Below are positions 28,278 through 41,791 of a stretch of DNA of 64,000 nt, one piece after another. Each line of letters starts with the position of its first letter. Positions within the stretch are counted from its first letter, which is position 1. A program made the position numbers and the translations under genes. The notes below the pieces were generated by a model. It did not search any database. It was not told where the DNA came from and saw only the letters and a list, made by a program, of their open reading frames with translations. The stretch is from the NCBI RefSeq assembly GCF_009914755.1, contig NC_060947.1, one strand, 5' to 3'. This DNA is from the human T2T-CHM13v2.0 reference genome, Homo sapiens.

Positions 28278-28879
28278 CTGTCTTTTATATTTACCTATTT
28301 AGTTACCTTACTAGTGTTCTTTATTTCTTCATGTGGATTCATGTTACCATTTAGTGTTTTCTAATTTCAGCATGAAAGACTCATTGGTATTTATTGTAGG
28401 ACAGTGCTGCTGATTAAAAATTACTCACTGTTTGTTATTTGAGAGTGTCTTAATTTATCCTTAAAGTTTTAAGGAGAGTTTCCAGACTAAGAAGTGTTAG
28501 TTAAGTCTTTTTCCTTCAACTTTCTGAAAATGTCATCTTACTGTCTTCTGGCCTCCATGATTTCTGATAAAAAGTCAGCTGTAGATTCGTGCTTTCCATC
28601 AAGTTCAAAAAGTATTTTGTCATTATTTCTTCAAATACATTTTCCTGAAACTTTTCTTTTTCCCCTCTTTATGGAATTCCCTTCGTGCCTATGCTTGTAC
28701 GCTTGATGGTGTGCCATGGTTCTCTAATGTCTCTATATTTTTCTCCATTTTTCTTTGTTTTTTTGTTCCTTATACTCATAATCTTCATTTATCTATCCTC
28801 AAGCTCACTGATTCTCTCTTCGTTCACTTCAGACTCATTATTGAGCTGCTCTAACAAGTTTTTCATTACAGTTGTTTTC

Positions 28880-30620
28880 CGTTCAATGGAGAAAAGGTAG
28901 TCTTTTCCACAAATGATACTGGAAAAGTTGGATATTCTCATGCAAAAGAATGAACTTGTACTATTATCTCATATCATTTATAAAAATTAACTAAAAGTTG
29001 ATTAAAGACCTTAATGTAAAATCTAAAACTATGAAAACCTTAGAGAAAAATAGGAGAAAGCTTGATGACATTGGTCTTGGCTGTTGCTTCTTCAATATGA
29101 CACACAAAGTATAGGTAAAAAAAAATAGAAATTGATCAATATTTAACACTTTTGTGCATCACAGGACAGTGTCAAGAGAATGAAAATGCAACTTACAGGA
29201 CAAAAGGAAATATTTGCAGGTCTATATCTGAAGAGGGATTAAAATCCAGAACATATTTTAAAACTTTCATAAGTCAGTGACAACAACAAAAAAAACCACA
29301 TAGAACCCAATTTAAGAATGGGCAAATAAATTGAATCAACATTTCTCCAAAGATATACAAGTGGCCAATAAGCACATGAAAAGATGCCCAACATCACTAA
29401 TCATTAAGGAAATGTAAATCAAAAGCCCAGTGAGATACCACTTCATGCCCATTAGGATCATTGTTATCAAAAAAATAAGCATTGGTGAGTGCTATGGTCT
29501 AAGTTTGTTCCCACCAAAATATATGTTGATATTTCATCCCCATTGTGGTGGTGTTGGAACATGAGGCCTAGTGGTAGATGTCTGGATCATGGGGATGGAT
29601 CACTCATGAATGGCTTGGTGCTACTCTGGAGGTAGTTAGTGAGTTTACACTCTGATGAGACTGGATTAGTTATCACTGGAATGGGTTAGTTCCCTGGAAA
29701 GTGGGTTGTTGTAAAGCCAGGACACTCCTTGTGTTTTATCTCTTTGCACATCTCTGCTTTCCCTTTGAACTTCTCTGCAATGTTTTGATCTAATTCATGG
29801 CTTACAATAGAGGAAGAGCAGATGTGGGTGCCATGCTTCTTATATTTCCCAGCCCACAAAACCATGAGCTAAATAAACCTCTTTTCTTTATAAATTACCC
29901 ATCCTCAGGTATTCTGTTTTAGCAACACGAAATGGACTAAGGCAAGTAGGGTGTGGAGAAATTAGAACCCTCACACACTGCTGGTAGGAATGTAAAATTA
30001 TACAGCCACTAGGGAAAACATTATGGCCTTTCTTCAAAAAATTAACATAAAATCACTATATTTCATTTCTGGGTATATGCCAAAAATAATTGAAAGCAGA
30101 CTCTGGAACAGGTATTTATACACCCGTGTTCCTAGCAGTATTATCAACAGCAGCTAAAAGGTGGAAGCAAGCCAAGTGTACATCAAGAGATGAGTGGATT
30201 AACAATATGTTATATGTACATACAAAAGAATATTAGTCAGCTTTAGAAAGGAATAAAGTTCTGCTACATGCTAAAAAATTAGTGAACCTTAAAAACATTA
30301 TACTAGGTGAAAGAAGCCGGACATCAAAGGGCACATACTGTATGATTCCATTTATATGAGATACCTAGAAAAGTCAAATTCATATAGACAGAAAGTAGAA
30401 CAGTGGTTACCAGGGGACATAGGGAGAGGAAAATGGGGACTAGGAAGTTATTGTTTATGAGTACAGGGTTTCAGTTTGTAATGACACAAAATTTCTGGAG
30501 ATGAATGCCGGTGATGATTCTAAAACAGAATGAATGTACTTAATACCAATAAATTGTACATTTACAAATGGCTGAGGTGTAAACTTTATATTATGTATAT
30601 TTTTCCACAATTAAAAATAT
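28880..30620 (+). mobile_element. LINE-1 (L1MA/MB-type) 3' end, interrupted by an MST LTR
   Basis: L1 ORF2 C-terminal and 3'UTR text (aagcacatgaaaagatg...acagaaagtagaacagtggttaccagggg...aattgtacatttacaaatgg). Confidence 0.8.
29490..29944 (+). mobile_element. MaLR MST-type solo LTR
   Basis: tgctatggtctaagtttgttcccaccaaaa...aaataaacctcttttctttataaattacccatcctcaggtattctgttttagcaacacgaaatggactaaggca. Confidence 0.85.
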
Positions 30621-33382
30621 CCGAAAACTTAACTACTTTAAAGTGAACAATGCAATGACATTTACCACATTCACAATGTTGTGCAACTACCACCTCTATC
30701 TAGTTCCAAACCATTTCCATCACCCCAAAGTAAAACCCCTCACCCACAAAGCAGTTTTTGATCGTTACTGTCTCCCCTAGTCCTTGATAACCACCAATAT
30801 GTGTTATATCTTCTATCAGTCTACTAGGACTGCTATAACAAAATGCCACATACTGGGTGGTTTAAATAGTAGAAGTTTATTTTTCACAGTTCTGGAGGCT
30901 GGAAGTTCAAGATCATGGTGTCAGCAGGCTTGGTTTCTCCTGAGGCCTTTCTTTTTGGCTTGCTGATGGCTGCCTTTGCTCTTCGTCTCATCTTCTATTT
31001 TAATTTACGTTTTTAGTTGAGAAGTAAAAATTGTATATATTTATGGTGCACAAAATGATGTTTTCATATCCTTATACATTGTGGAAGTACTGAATTAAGC
31101 AATATAATACATGCATTAACTCACATACTAATCAATTTTTGTGGTGAGAACACTTAAAGTCTACTCTCCTAGCAACTTCAAGTAGACAATATTATGTTAT
31201 TAACTATAGTCACCATGGTATAATTGATTTAGTGAACATATTCCTTTCTAACTGAAATTCCTTGAAGTTCCTTGAACTTTATTTACAGTCTTGCTTTACT
31301 TTGCAGAAGATTTAATATTTTTTACATGGTGAATGTCAATCTTTCCCTTTATGATTTAATGTTTTAAAATTTTTATTTTAGCTTTTTATATTATTTTTTG
31401 TGCCCATATACATCTTCTCCTTGCTACTCCTTTCCCTGAATTTGGGCGAACATTTATATTTTATTTTAGTTATTTTATTGGTTTGTTTTTAACATAATCT
31501 GGATAAAAATGTACGCACAAGTGATCCAACAAACTCTAATGTGCATCAGAATCACCTAAAGATTGTTAACAATGTAGCTACCTGAGTACCATTGCCAAAG
31601 AGTGGATTTTGGATGGTGCCAGAATTATGTATTTTAAACAAGCTCCAAGTGGAATTCTGAAGTATTTGATAGGCTAGCGAAGCTGGACGAACACTGGCAA
31701 ATATTTTCTTAAAAGGATGTTTTTGTGATTTGGGGGTATAATTCCTCCCCTAGGGTATTTCTTTCACAAGATATAAATTCTATATAAACAAATTAACCTG
31801 CTTAGGGTAACACAATCAGGGATAGTACAGAGAAAATAAGCCAAAGATATTTTAGCCACAAATTTCACTCACTTCTCAACTCTACTCTACATCGGAATCA
31901 CCACGGGATCTTTCACACTAAGGATCTGTTGGTCTCACTTTTAATGAGTCTGACTCAACTGGTTGGAATTGGGTACTGAGCTCCACTTTAAAGTATCCTC
32001 AGGTATTTCAAATCTGAAGCAAGGATTGAGAACTTATGCAGTAAAGACAATAGCATTAAAAAATAAAAAGTAGTTGTCTCTTTAAGAAGGGCACCGTCTG
32101 ATGGGAAAATAATGCCTGATGTATATAGATTAATTAAATTCTATGTAGTGTTTTCACAGGTCTCAGATCTACCAATCAACTAACCACCCATTTCTATAAA
32201 ATATAAGGTGGGGAGAGGGGTGTCTGAGATTGACTAAAGCTGGGGCCTCCACTTTAATTTATGTAAGTCCAGAGATGTCTGATTAACTATGGTACAGTGA
32301 GTATGGACTGAAACACATTTTTTTCTGAATTTTTAGCCAGTTCTTCAGGCAATTTTGATGCAGCTGGTCTATATAGCACATGCTGATAAACACTGACATA
32401 TATAATGTTATGATAAGTGCATTTTTTTTGGAAATTGGCGTATAATGCTTCTTCTGCTGTGTTCCTTTTTAATTGCAAGCTACAGTGTGTAGGGAAAAGA
32501 AGCACTTGCCCATAAATAATCAGAAGCAACCCTGGGTCCAGATTGCAGGATTCAACTCAGCTATAATTAACTGTTGTGCCCTACAACTTATCAGGCCCTG
32601 TACTAAACACTAAGGGTACCAGTATAAATGAGACAAAATATTTACTGTGAGAAGGACACAGTTTAGTGGGGAACAGTGATGACTGTGAACAATGTTTTAA
32701 AATTGGGATTCACCTACCAGATCCCCAGTTCCTGCCATTATTTCCCATCAATCTGTAATTACGGGTTTATTTGGCACAGAAATCTCAAAGCAAAGGAAGA
32801 GGGAAACGTATCTGGATCCGTGTAAGTTAGTGTAGACTACTGGGGACTCCTGAGGTCAGGGTGGTGTGAACCAGAACAGTCTTGGGAACATAAAATTATC
32901 CCTACAACTCCTGTGTATGTGCAGAATGAAACCTGTAGCAATGTCTGCACAGAAAATTGATAGTCAAGGAGACTAAGCTATATTCATCAGAGGATGGAAG
33001 AGATAGTCCAATTCTGAGCACACTATCATGAGTGTCACTCAAATTTGTCTGGGAGAAGGGGATGAGGAAGGAAGTGGGAGAAAACCATAAAGGGCTGCTT
33101 GCATTTATAAGCAGTGTTGGTGAAGTATCTGCCTGGTTTAATTATAACTCTAAAGCAGGGAGGGACACTCTATACATTTTTGAAAAGGCAAAATGGGGAT
33201 TCGGATTACTGAAGGTTCCAGAGAAATCGGTGGGTCTTTGTCATCTTTAGAAGTCCAGTACATCTGCAGTGGTAGAAGCCAGTGGAGGGAGCAAAACGCA
33301 AGAGAAGAGGAAGATGTGCCTAATAGTTATGGTATTATGCAGGAAAGAAAGCCAGAGTAGCAGATGAATAGAAAAGCATTTA

Positions 33383-33725
33383 CAGTTGAGCATCCCTAAT
33401 CCAAAAATCCAAAATCGAAGTGCTCCAAAATCCAAGGCTTTTTGAACATGACATGATGCTACAAATGGAAAATTCCACACCTGACTTCATATACGCAAAC
33501 TTTGTTTCACACACAAAATTATTAAAAATATTGTATAAAATTACCTTCAGGCTATGTGTTTGAGGTGTATATAAAATTAAATAAATTTCATGTTTAGAGT
33601 TGGGTTTCATCCTCAAGACAGCTCTTTATGTACATGCAAATGCTTCAAAAACAGAAAAAAAACCCCAGAAATCTGAAATCTGAAATGCTAGTCCCAAGCA
33701 TTTCGGATAATGGATTTTGAACCCG
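33383..33725. mobile_element. Tigger4/MER46-type TcMar DNA transposon
   Basis: TA-flanked; cagttgagcatccctaatccaaaaatccaaaatc...cccaagcatttcggataatggattttgaacccg with degenerate terminal inverted repeats. Confidence 0.8.
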
Positions 33726-34187
33726 TACTCACCTGGAAATCAACTGGACTTGCTGATAGGCACTCTCCTTGGAATCTTCCCTAAATATGAAGGGCACTTA
33801 GAGGGCTGGAGCCTTGCATGTATAAATAGAGCAAGACACAGAGCTCAGTCATCACCTCATTTGATTCCCACAGCAGCCGTCTAAGGCATTTATAATGTAA
33901 CGTACCTGTAATTATCAGGTACATGTTTCTAAATGAGAGATCCATAGGTAATATAAGATTTATATGTCTTTAAACTGTGTTTCAAGTGTTTATTAATTGC
34001 CCCCATTTCCTATATAAGTTGATTGGCAAGTTCCTTGCTTCTTACTTTTTTTTTCCCTGAAACATAGGAAACACATGTATTCATTTTGGAAAAGTGAGAA
34101 AAAGTGGATAACCAAGAAAAAAATAAAGAAATTTAAAAGTACCAGTAACTATACAACATAGAAAAAGCACATTCTGGTTTTCATTCA

Positions 34188-34190
<3 letters not shown>

Positions 34191-34232
<42 letters not shown>
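34191..34232. repeat. (AT)n microsatellite, about 20 units
   Basis: Perfect atatat... run just downstream of the BEX5 3' end. Confidence 0.97.
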
Positions 34233-34235
<3 letters not shown>

Positions 34236-34310
34236 CATATATATTATATATAGTGTGCATACGTACACATCTAAATGAAATAGTCTATCTGTAGACTGCT
34301 TTTAAATTGC

Positions 34311-34316
34311 TTTATT
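34311..34316 (-). terminator. BEX5: BEX5 polyadenylation signal (probable)
   Basis: TTTATT on plus (AATAAA on minus) about 200 nt after the stop. Confidence 0.6.
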
Positions 34317-34514
34317 AACTTTACAGTATGCAATAAACATCTTTCCATGAAAGTTGATGAAAGTCCTCTTCTGACAGAAAAACTTACAGACTAGGTCAAA
34401 ATGCAATCTCCAATCAGAAAATTGCAGAAGAATGCCAAAAGGTTCACATTAAAGGTACACCAGGAAAAATGCGAATTTAGAAAGCAGGGATTTTATGATT
34501 ATTAACCTCAAGAT

Positions 34515-34973
<459 letters not shown>

Positions 34974-35329
34974 TTATGAACCCTGTAGGGGGCGCCCCAG
35001 ACCCAGCGCTGCCCCAAAGCCCATCATTTTCCCTGAAAATCCCTTCCCCAGGCCACTCCTACCGCCAAAATGCAAGACGACTTAGCGGAGGGGGACGATC
35101 ATAGAGAGACCAGACTTCACCTCCCTGGGATCCTAATAAGCTCTCCAGGAGCGCCCCAGATCTCGCCCCTCTACTCCCTTCTTCCCTCATCAGATACAGG
35201 GCTGTCATTTTATGAAGACTCTCCTAAGTTTCTCCTGCACTCAACTCGGGCAGGAAGGGCTGTGAGTCACCCAGATTCTGCTCTGATCCTTGATACCCCT
35301 ACACCAGAGGGCCCCAGGCAACCTCCTAC

Positions 35330-35396
35330 CTTCAGGGATCAGAGGCAGTCTTTCTCTCTTAGCCTTGAAATCGGCTGCACAAACGCACTTAAAGAC
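35330..35396 (-). other. BEX5: BEX5 non-coding exon 2 (67 nt, probable)
   Basis: tttgtctgcag|GTCTTTAAGTG...GATCCCTGAAG|gtagga; resembles TCEAL exon 2 in size and end sequences. Confidence 0.65.
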
Positions 35397-35899
35397 CTGC
35401 AGACAAATGTGACAATTACCAGGACTGATCTTTTAATCAAAGGACCGGTAATGGGAGTTGATTTAGGGTTCTCCTAGTATTAGCACCTTCTGTTTCTCCT
35501 CCATCCTGTCTCACGGCTTCTTTTCCCACCCTGTGACAGGCTATCCCACCTTCCAGAAATAGGCATCAAAGATGATTATTTCCAAAACGTTTTAACCTCT
35601 TCTTTAGGCGCCCATCTCTACTGTTTCCTCTTACCTGTCATCTAGTTACCCTTTCTGCAACGCAGGCAACTTGCCTGGCGGGGGAGTTAGAAGAGCTTGC
35701 TGAATGAATACGTAGTTTATTCACAAAGAATTTCAATCTAGATATCCATCAGGCCCTCTCTCCACCCGATCCCCACTCCCATGCCCACCATTTTATGCAT
35801 CAAGATGGACGATGAGTGAAGAGGTATGTGGGCATTGAAAACTAGGACCTGCTGCGGTCTCTGCGCTTTGTCATTCTCACTCCAGGATCTACAGGTAGC

Positions 35900-36700
35900 G
35901 CCCACGCTTACACCGACCGACCTGCTGAGACCAAAAACAGTTTCTCGCTCCTCGCCTCTGTCCCTCAGTCAGAAGCTCGCCCGCTCAACTGCCGCAATAG
36001 GGACCTGCTTTCCAGACCTAATCTCTGTCCCCCTCCTCTGCAGCAATTCCTCTCCTCGGCCCCCGCAGCCTATCATTTCCAGCTCTAAATGGGTAGAGGG
36101 TGAAGAAAAGATACCTAGAAGGCAGGCCTAAAACCTTGGCAGGGTCCGCCCTCCCCAACCCTTGGTTGCCGGCTGTACCTCCCTCCCGCGGACCTGCAGG
36201 AAGCAGGCTGTTTCCTTTCAGTCTCCTCCACCGGCTGGACTCCATCAGACATTGCCCGATGGCCGGCCTCCTAGGAGATCTCAAATGGTACCCATTCTCA
36301 ATCCAGCCCCCTCGGGAGATCCTCTCCCCAACCGCTCCATTTCTCGCACTAAACGGGTGTGTATCTGGAAAGGGTGTGTATCCAGTCCTAGACCCGCTCT
36401 GGTCTTTGCCCTCTGCTGCTCACACACCGGTCAGCGCCCACCTACCTGCCAGGGCTCAGGGGTCAGCTTCTACCACTTTCCACCTTTCCTGGGCAGCTGG
36501 CTCGCCTGCCTTCAGGGCAACAGCGAGCCGTCACACGGCCAGCGACAACTACCAGACTGCAACTAGGAGGAGGGACTAATCCACGCATTGGCTCTGGGTC
36601 TCCTAAGGGTCACGTCACTGTGAGCTCAGATTTCCAATTACCATTCACACCCGCAGTGCGGCAGGAGGGTGGGGGCGGGACTGTGGGCGGGGCCACCTTT
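35900..36700 (-). promoter_or_regulatory. BEX5: BEX5 promoter / alternative first-exon region
   Basis: CpG-enriched; CCAAT (ATTGG 36587-36591), TGACGT CRE-like site about 36612-36617, GC boxes 36671-36694; candidate donors CAG|GTAGGT (exon boundary 36446) and CAG|GTCGGT (35922). Confidence 0.65.
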
Positions 36701-37253
36701 CTCTTCATTCGTGCTTTCTCCACCACTACCACAGGCTACTATCCACCCCTCTATTTTTTTATTTAGCGATCCCCACGACCAAACGGGTCATAATATTTTG
36801 TATTTGGCTTGCTCTGGTTTCTGCTGGAGCTTTTAAAAAATCGCTTCTTCCTCTTCTATACACCTAAACGCACACTTCTCTCCCCTTCACGTCCAGCAAG
36901 TAAAGCCCTAACAGTCTTGTAGGGCTTGGTCCCAGATTGGAACCCGGAGAAGGGGTGGGGAGCGAGAGGCTAGGAAGTCTGGAAAATAGGCAGGAAGTGG
37001 TATTCAAATTTTTTTTTCACTTCAACTACTTTCCTTTTTGTTTGTTTATTTGGGAAGGGGGTTCCTTTTATTTTTCATCAGCATGCATTCATTTTGTTGT
37101 TGTTTTTATAACTAGACAATACAATTATTTTCAGTTGAAAAAACAGGATTCGAGTTGTAAAAACATGGCAATCTGTTTCTCCTGCTGAATCATATTATAA
37201 ATATAAACCTTCCAGAAAGCATTCCCCTGCCTCCTTTAAGGACTTTGAAATAA

Positions 37254-37712
<459 letters not shown>

Positions 37713-38692
37713 TCATGTCTTGAGAACCTGTGACAAACTGATGATCTCCTCTAAATTGTATTAGTGTAACCACAATTTACAATAACACCTAGCCCTGATG
37801 ATTCAGGACAATAATTTGGGGAAGCTACCCTGACAGATGAAAATGTATTGTGATGGACACATAGAGGGGAACAACACTGGGGCCTACAGGAGGGTGGAGG
37901 ATGGGAGGAGGGAGAGGATCAGTTTACCTATATAACAAAGCTGCACATGTATTCCTGAACTTAAAATAAAAGTTTAAAAAGTATTGTGAAATTACAATGT
38001 TAAGATAATAGTGTACCAGAATAAATTTAGAACAAATGAACCAGAAAAGAAATTCAATTATCAAACCCAAATATGGAAAAAATGCTAGTAAATGCATTGA
38101 AATATTTTGAATCAGTGGGGAAAGGTTAGATTGAAGAAATTGTATCGGGATAATTGACTATTTTCAAAAACAATGAAGTGCCTTATCATTCTCATACACT
38201 TAAAAATAGACACTAAATGTTTGCATAAAAGACATTAAACCATTAAAAATAGAACTTAGCATGTTATTTTTTATATAATAGAATGGAAAAGTTGTTTTAA
38301 ATACAGCACCAGATCCTGACAAGACCAAAAGGCAACTGGCTCAAATCTGCTGGGGACCCTCCAAGTCTCAGAAATGATTTAGAGTGCTCCTCAGAATTAT
38401 CCTAACTAGTGATGAGAAGTTGGGGTATTTTTCTACAGACTTGGCCCTCTATTGGTGGATGTCACGCTGAGGATGTTAAAATCTCTGGCACTTTTAAGTT
38501 GTCCTACACCTGGGCTGAGCAAGTTCCCAAGGTACCAGAAAAAGCCCTCAGCAAAATTAGAAAACACAGGTAAGGTAGAAGGATAATATCAGTTTTATCC
38601 CCGCTACAGGAAATATACTATTCACATTTTACTCTAAATCAGTCCAAATATCTCCCTTCAAAAACAAAGATAATACACACATATTCATTTTC

Positions 38693-38697
38693 TTCTT

Positions 38698-38769
<72 letters not shown>

Positions 38770-39190
38770 CTTTAAGTTCTGGGATACATGCGCAGAATAT
38801 GCAGGTTTGTTACATAAGTATACATGTGCCATGGAGTGATTTGCCGCACCCATCAACTCATCATCTACATTAGGTATTTCTCCTAATGCTATCCCTTCCC
38901 TTGCCCCCCCACCCCCAGACAGGCCCCAGTGTGTGATGTTCCCCTCTCTGTGCCCATATGTTCTCATTGTTCAACTCCCACTTATGAGTGAGAACATGTG
39001 GTGTTTGTTTTTCTGTTCCTGTGTTAGTTTGCTGAGAATGATGGTTTCCAGCTTCATCCATGTCCCTGCAAAGGACATGAACTCATCTTTTATATAGCTG
39101 CATAGTATTCCATGGTGTATATGTGCCACATTTTCTTTATCCAGTCTATCATTGATGGGCATTGGGTTGGTCCCAAGTCTTTGCTATTGT
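38693..39190 (-). mobile_element. 5'-truncated L1PA 3' end with TSD and compound microsatellite tail
   Basis: L1PA 3'UTR (ttatactttaagttctgggatacatg...); direct repeat acacacatattcattttc at 38675-38692 and 39191-39208; tail is (TTC)n(TTA)n. Confidence 0.93.
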
Positions 39191-39452
39191 ACACACATAT
39201 TCATTTTCATATTTATAGATGTTTGGGTTGTTTGTAGTGTTCATTATCATAGATGATGTTGATTGAACTTCTGTGTACATAAAATTTTCATACTAATATC
39301 AAATTTTGAAATTTCTAGAACAGTCGTTTCTATATATGTGTGGATATTTTTCAGTGTCATAGAAGTCAATCCTGAAAAATGTCCAAATTTGGTATCTATA
39401 ATGTATGAGAATTCCTGCTTTTTCATGTCTGCCAATGCTTAATATTGCCTGG

Positions 39453-39815
39453 TGTATTAATCGTTTTCACACTGCTGATAAAGACATACCTGAAACTGGT
39501 CAATTTACAAAAGAAAGAGATTTATTGGACTTACTTTCATGGGGCTGGGGAGGCCTTGCAATCATGGTGGAAGATGAAAGGCAAGGAGAAGCAAGTCACG
39601 TCTTACACGGATGGTGGCAGGCAAAGAGAGAGCCTGTGCAGAGAACTCTCGTTTTTAAAACCATCATATCTCATGATTCTCATTCCCTATCATGAGAACA
39701 GCGCAGAAGAGACCCACTCCCGTAATTCAATCGCCTCCCACTGGGTTCCACATGGGAATTGTGGGAGTTACAATTCAAGATGAGATTTGGGTGGGGACAC
39801 AGCCAAACCATATCA
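39453..39815 (-). mobile_element. THE1 (MaLR) solo LTR with 5-bp TSD CCTGG
   Basis: Minus strand starts TGATATGGTTTGGCTGTGTCCCCACCCAAATCTCATCTTGAATTGTAAC; cctgg at 39448-39452 and 39816-39820. Confidence 0.92.
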
Positions 39816-41234
39816 CCTGGTTTATTTTTTTTAACTATTATTGTATTTTATTTTTTCTTTTGTTTAATTTTTTATTTAAATACACTTCTCAAGGTCACCA
39901 GGTAATGTTTTCTAAACTTAACACATCATAAGAAGCACTTGGGGTTAAGATTTTTAGGCTCTTTCTCTAAAGATCCTAGTTTAATAGATTAGAGTCAGGT
40001 GTGAAAACCTGCATTTAAGAAGCTCCTTTGACATAATTTTTAATATCAGATAGAGTTGGGAAACCCTGTCACAGTTAAAAAACAAAATGAAACAAAGAAA
40101 AAAGAATCTCCCATCATTATGTAAGTGATCTTTTTTTAAAAAAATTATTATGAAATAATTTCAAACTTATAGAATGTTTTTGAGAAAAACCCCACATGCC
40201 CTTCACTGCATTTCCCAGTTCTCAGTTTTGCTATATTTGCTTTCTCATTCTCCCTTCATATTGAAGAATACATTATTATTTTTTTCTGAACCATTTGAAA
40301 ATCAATTGAAGACCAAATGGTCATTTAAAAATATTTAGTGCAATTGAGTCCATATTATTATATCATTAATTAATATAAACTGAAAAAACTGAAGTAATCA
40401 CAAATGGTGGAGCAGCCATACATCAGGAATTTTTAGCTCAGTTAAAAATTTATAAGATAATCTGGCGCCATGAAAATGCACCACTTAGATCTCCTGCTGT
40501 GGGAAGTATTGTTGATTGATGGTTCTAGTTGCTGACCCTCTGAATCCACTAGCACATTCATGCTGAGGTCATGAATCCCATGGGCTGATCCTTGCCAATA
40601 ACTAGCACTATTCAGTTGCATTTCTGTAAGTTACAGGGCTTCTGTAATTGAAGTCTTTGGCTCCACAGCTCCCCTTCAGCCTAGCTGAAACCTTAGGATT
40701 ATGTGACAGTCTAGGGCTCTTCCTGTCAAATCTTCCTCCTTTCCCTGCTCTCCTTCACCAATGTCAGATCTGCATTACCATCTGAACACTCTCTCCACCT
40801 TCTCCCACTCCTTCTCCTTTATCCTTCACAGGTGTTGTCCCCAGTTAAACTCTTGCTCATCTATTCCCATTTGAGTTGTTACTTCTAAGAGGATAAGAGC
40901 TAACATAAGTGGTGACAGGAGCTGTCCAAGAAAAATTATGATACAGTGGAGTTTGGGATCTGACTCACTCGCTACCCACTGGGCAAATAAAACAACATCT
41001 TGAGTGGTATGTGGACACAGAGAGTTCCTGGCACAAGATAGTGATCAAATAGCTAAAAATTTCACCAGTCCTGACCTGGAAACATATCCTGTAGATGGAG
41101 AACACCCTTGCTAGCATTCAGGCATTTGAAAAATAAGAGAGAAATAATGCCTGTCAGGCAGCCAAGTAGGCTAGCTAATAGTTGGATAATTTTTATTGCT
41201 ACTCTGAAGAGATATAATGAAAAACTGAGGGTTG

Positions 41235-41560
41235 GGCTGGGTGCAGTGGCTCACGTCTGTAATCCCAGCACTTTGGGAGGCTGAGGCGGGCAGATCACAA
41301 GGTCAGGAGTTCAAGATCAGCCTGGCTAACATAGTGAGACCCCGTCTCTACTAAAAATACAAAATAATAATAATAATAATAAGCCGGGTGTGGTGGCAGG
41401 CGCCTGTAGTCCCAGCTACTTGGGAGGCTGAGGCAGGAGAATCACTTGAATCTGGGAGGGGGTGGTTGCTGTGATCCAAGATTGCACAACTGCACTCCAG
41501 CCTGGGTGACACAGCAAGACTCTGTCTCAAACAAAAACAAAAACAAAACAAAAACAAAAA
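41235..41560 (+). mobile_element. Alu (S-type) nested in the ERVL element
   Basis: Full dimer; flanking direct repeat aaaaactgagg at about 41220 and 41557. Confidence 0.96.
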
Positions 41561-41791
41561 ACTGAGGATCATCACCAAGCAACTAGAGCTAAGTATTAAA
41601 ATCTAAGAGTCTTTCTGGTAGCTTAGAAAGAGGCTCGTACTTCCTGCAGTGGAAAAGCAGAAACAGTTGAACAGCAGACTTGGGACAGTTGCAGAGCTTC
41701 AGAGATATTTAAATACTGAGTCAAGACAGGTATGTTATATTCATGTTATGACCTAGGTCGAAAAAATCTGGGATCCAGAAACATGGGATGG

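Noticed and set aside
35070-36579. ORFs of 100-160 aa opposite the BEX5 5' region
   Set aside because: No recognisable homology or splice structure; expected in GC-rich promoter DNA.
38629-38967. Poly-N/poly-K ORF
   Set aside because: Translation of an L1 3'UTR and its microsatellite tail.
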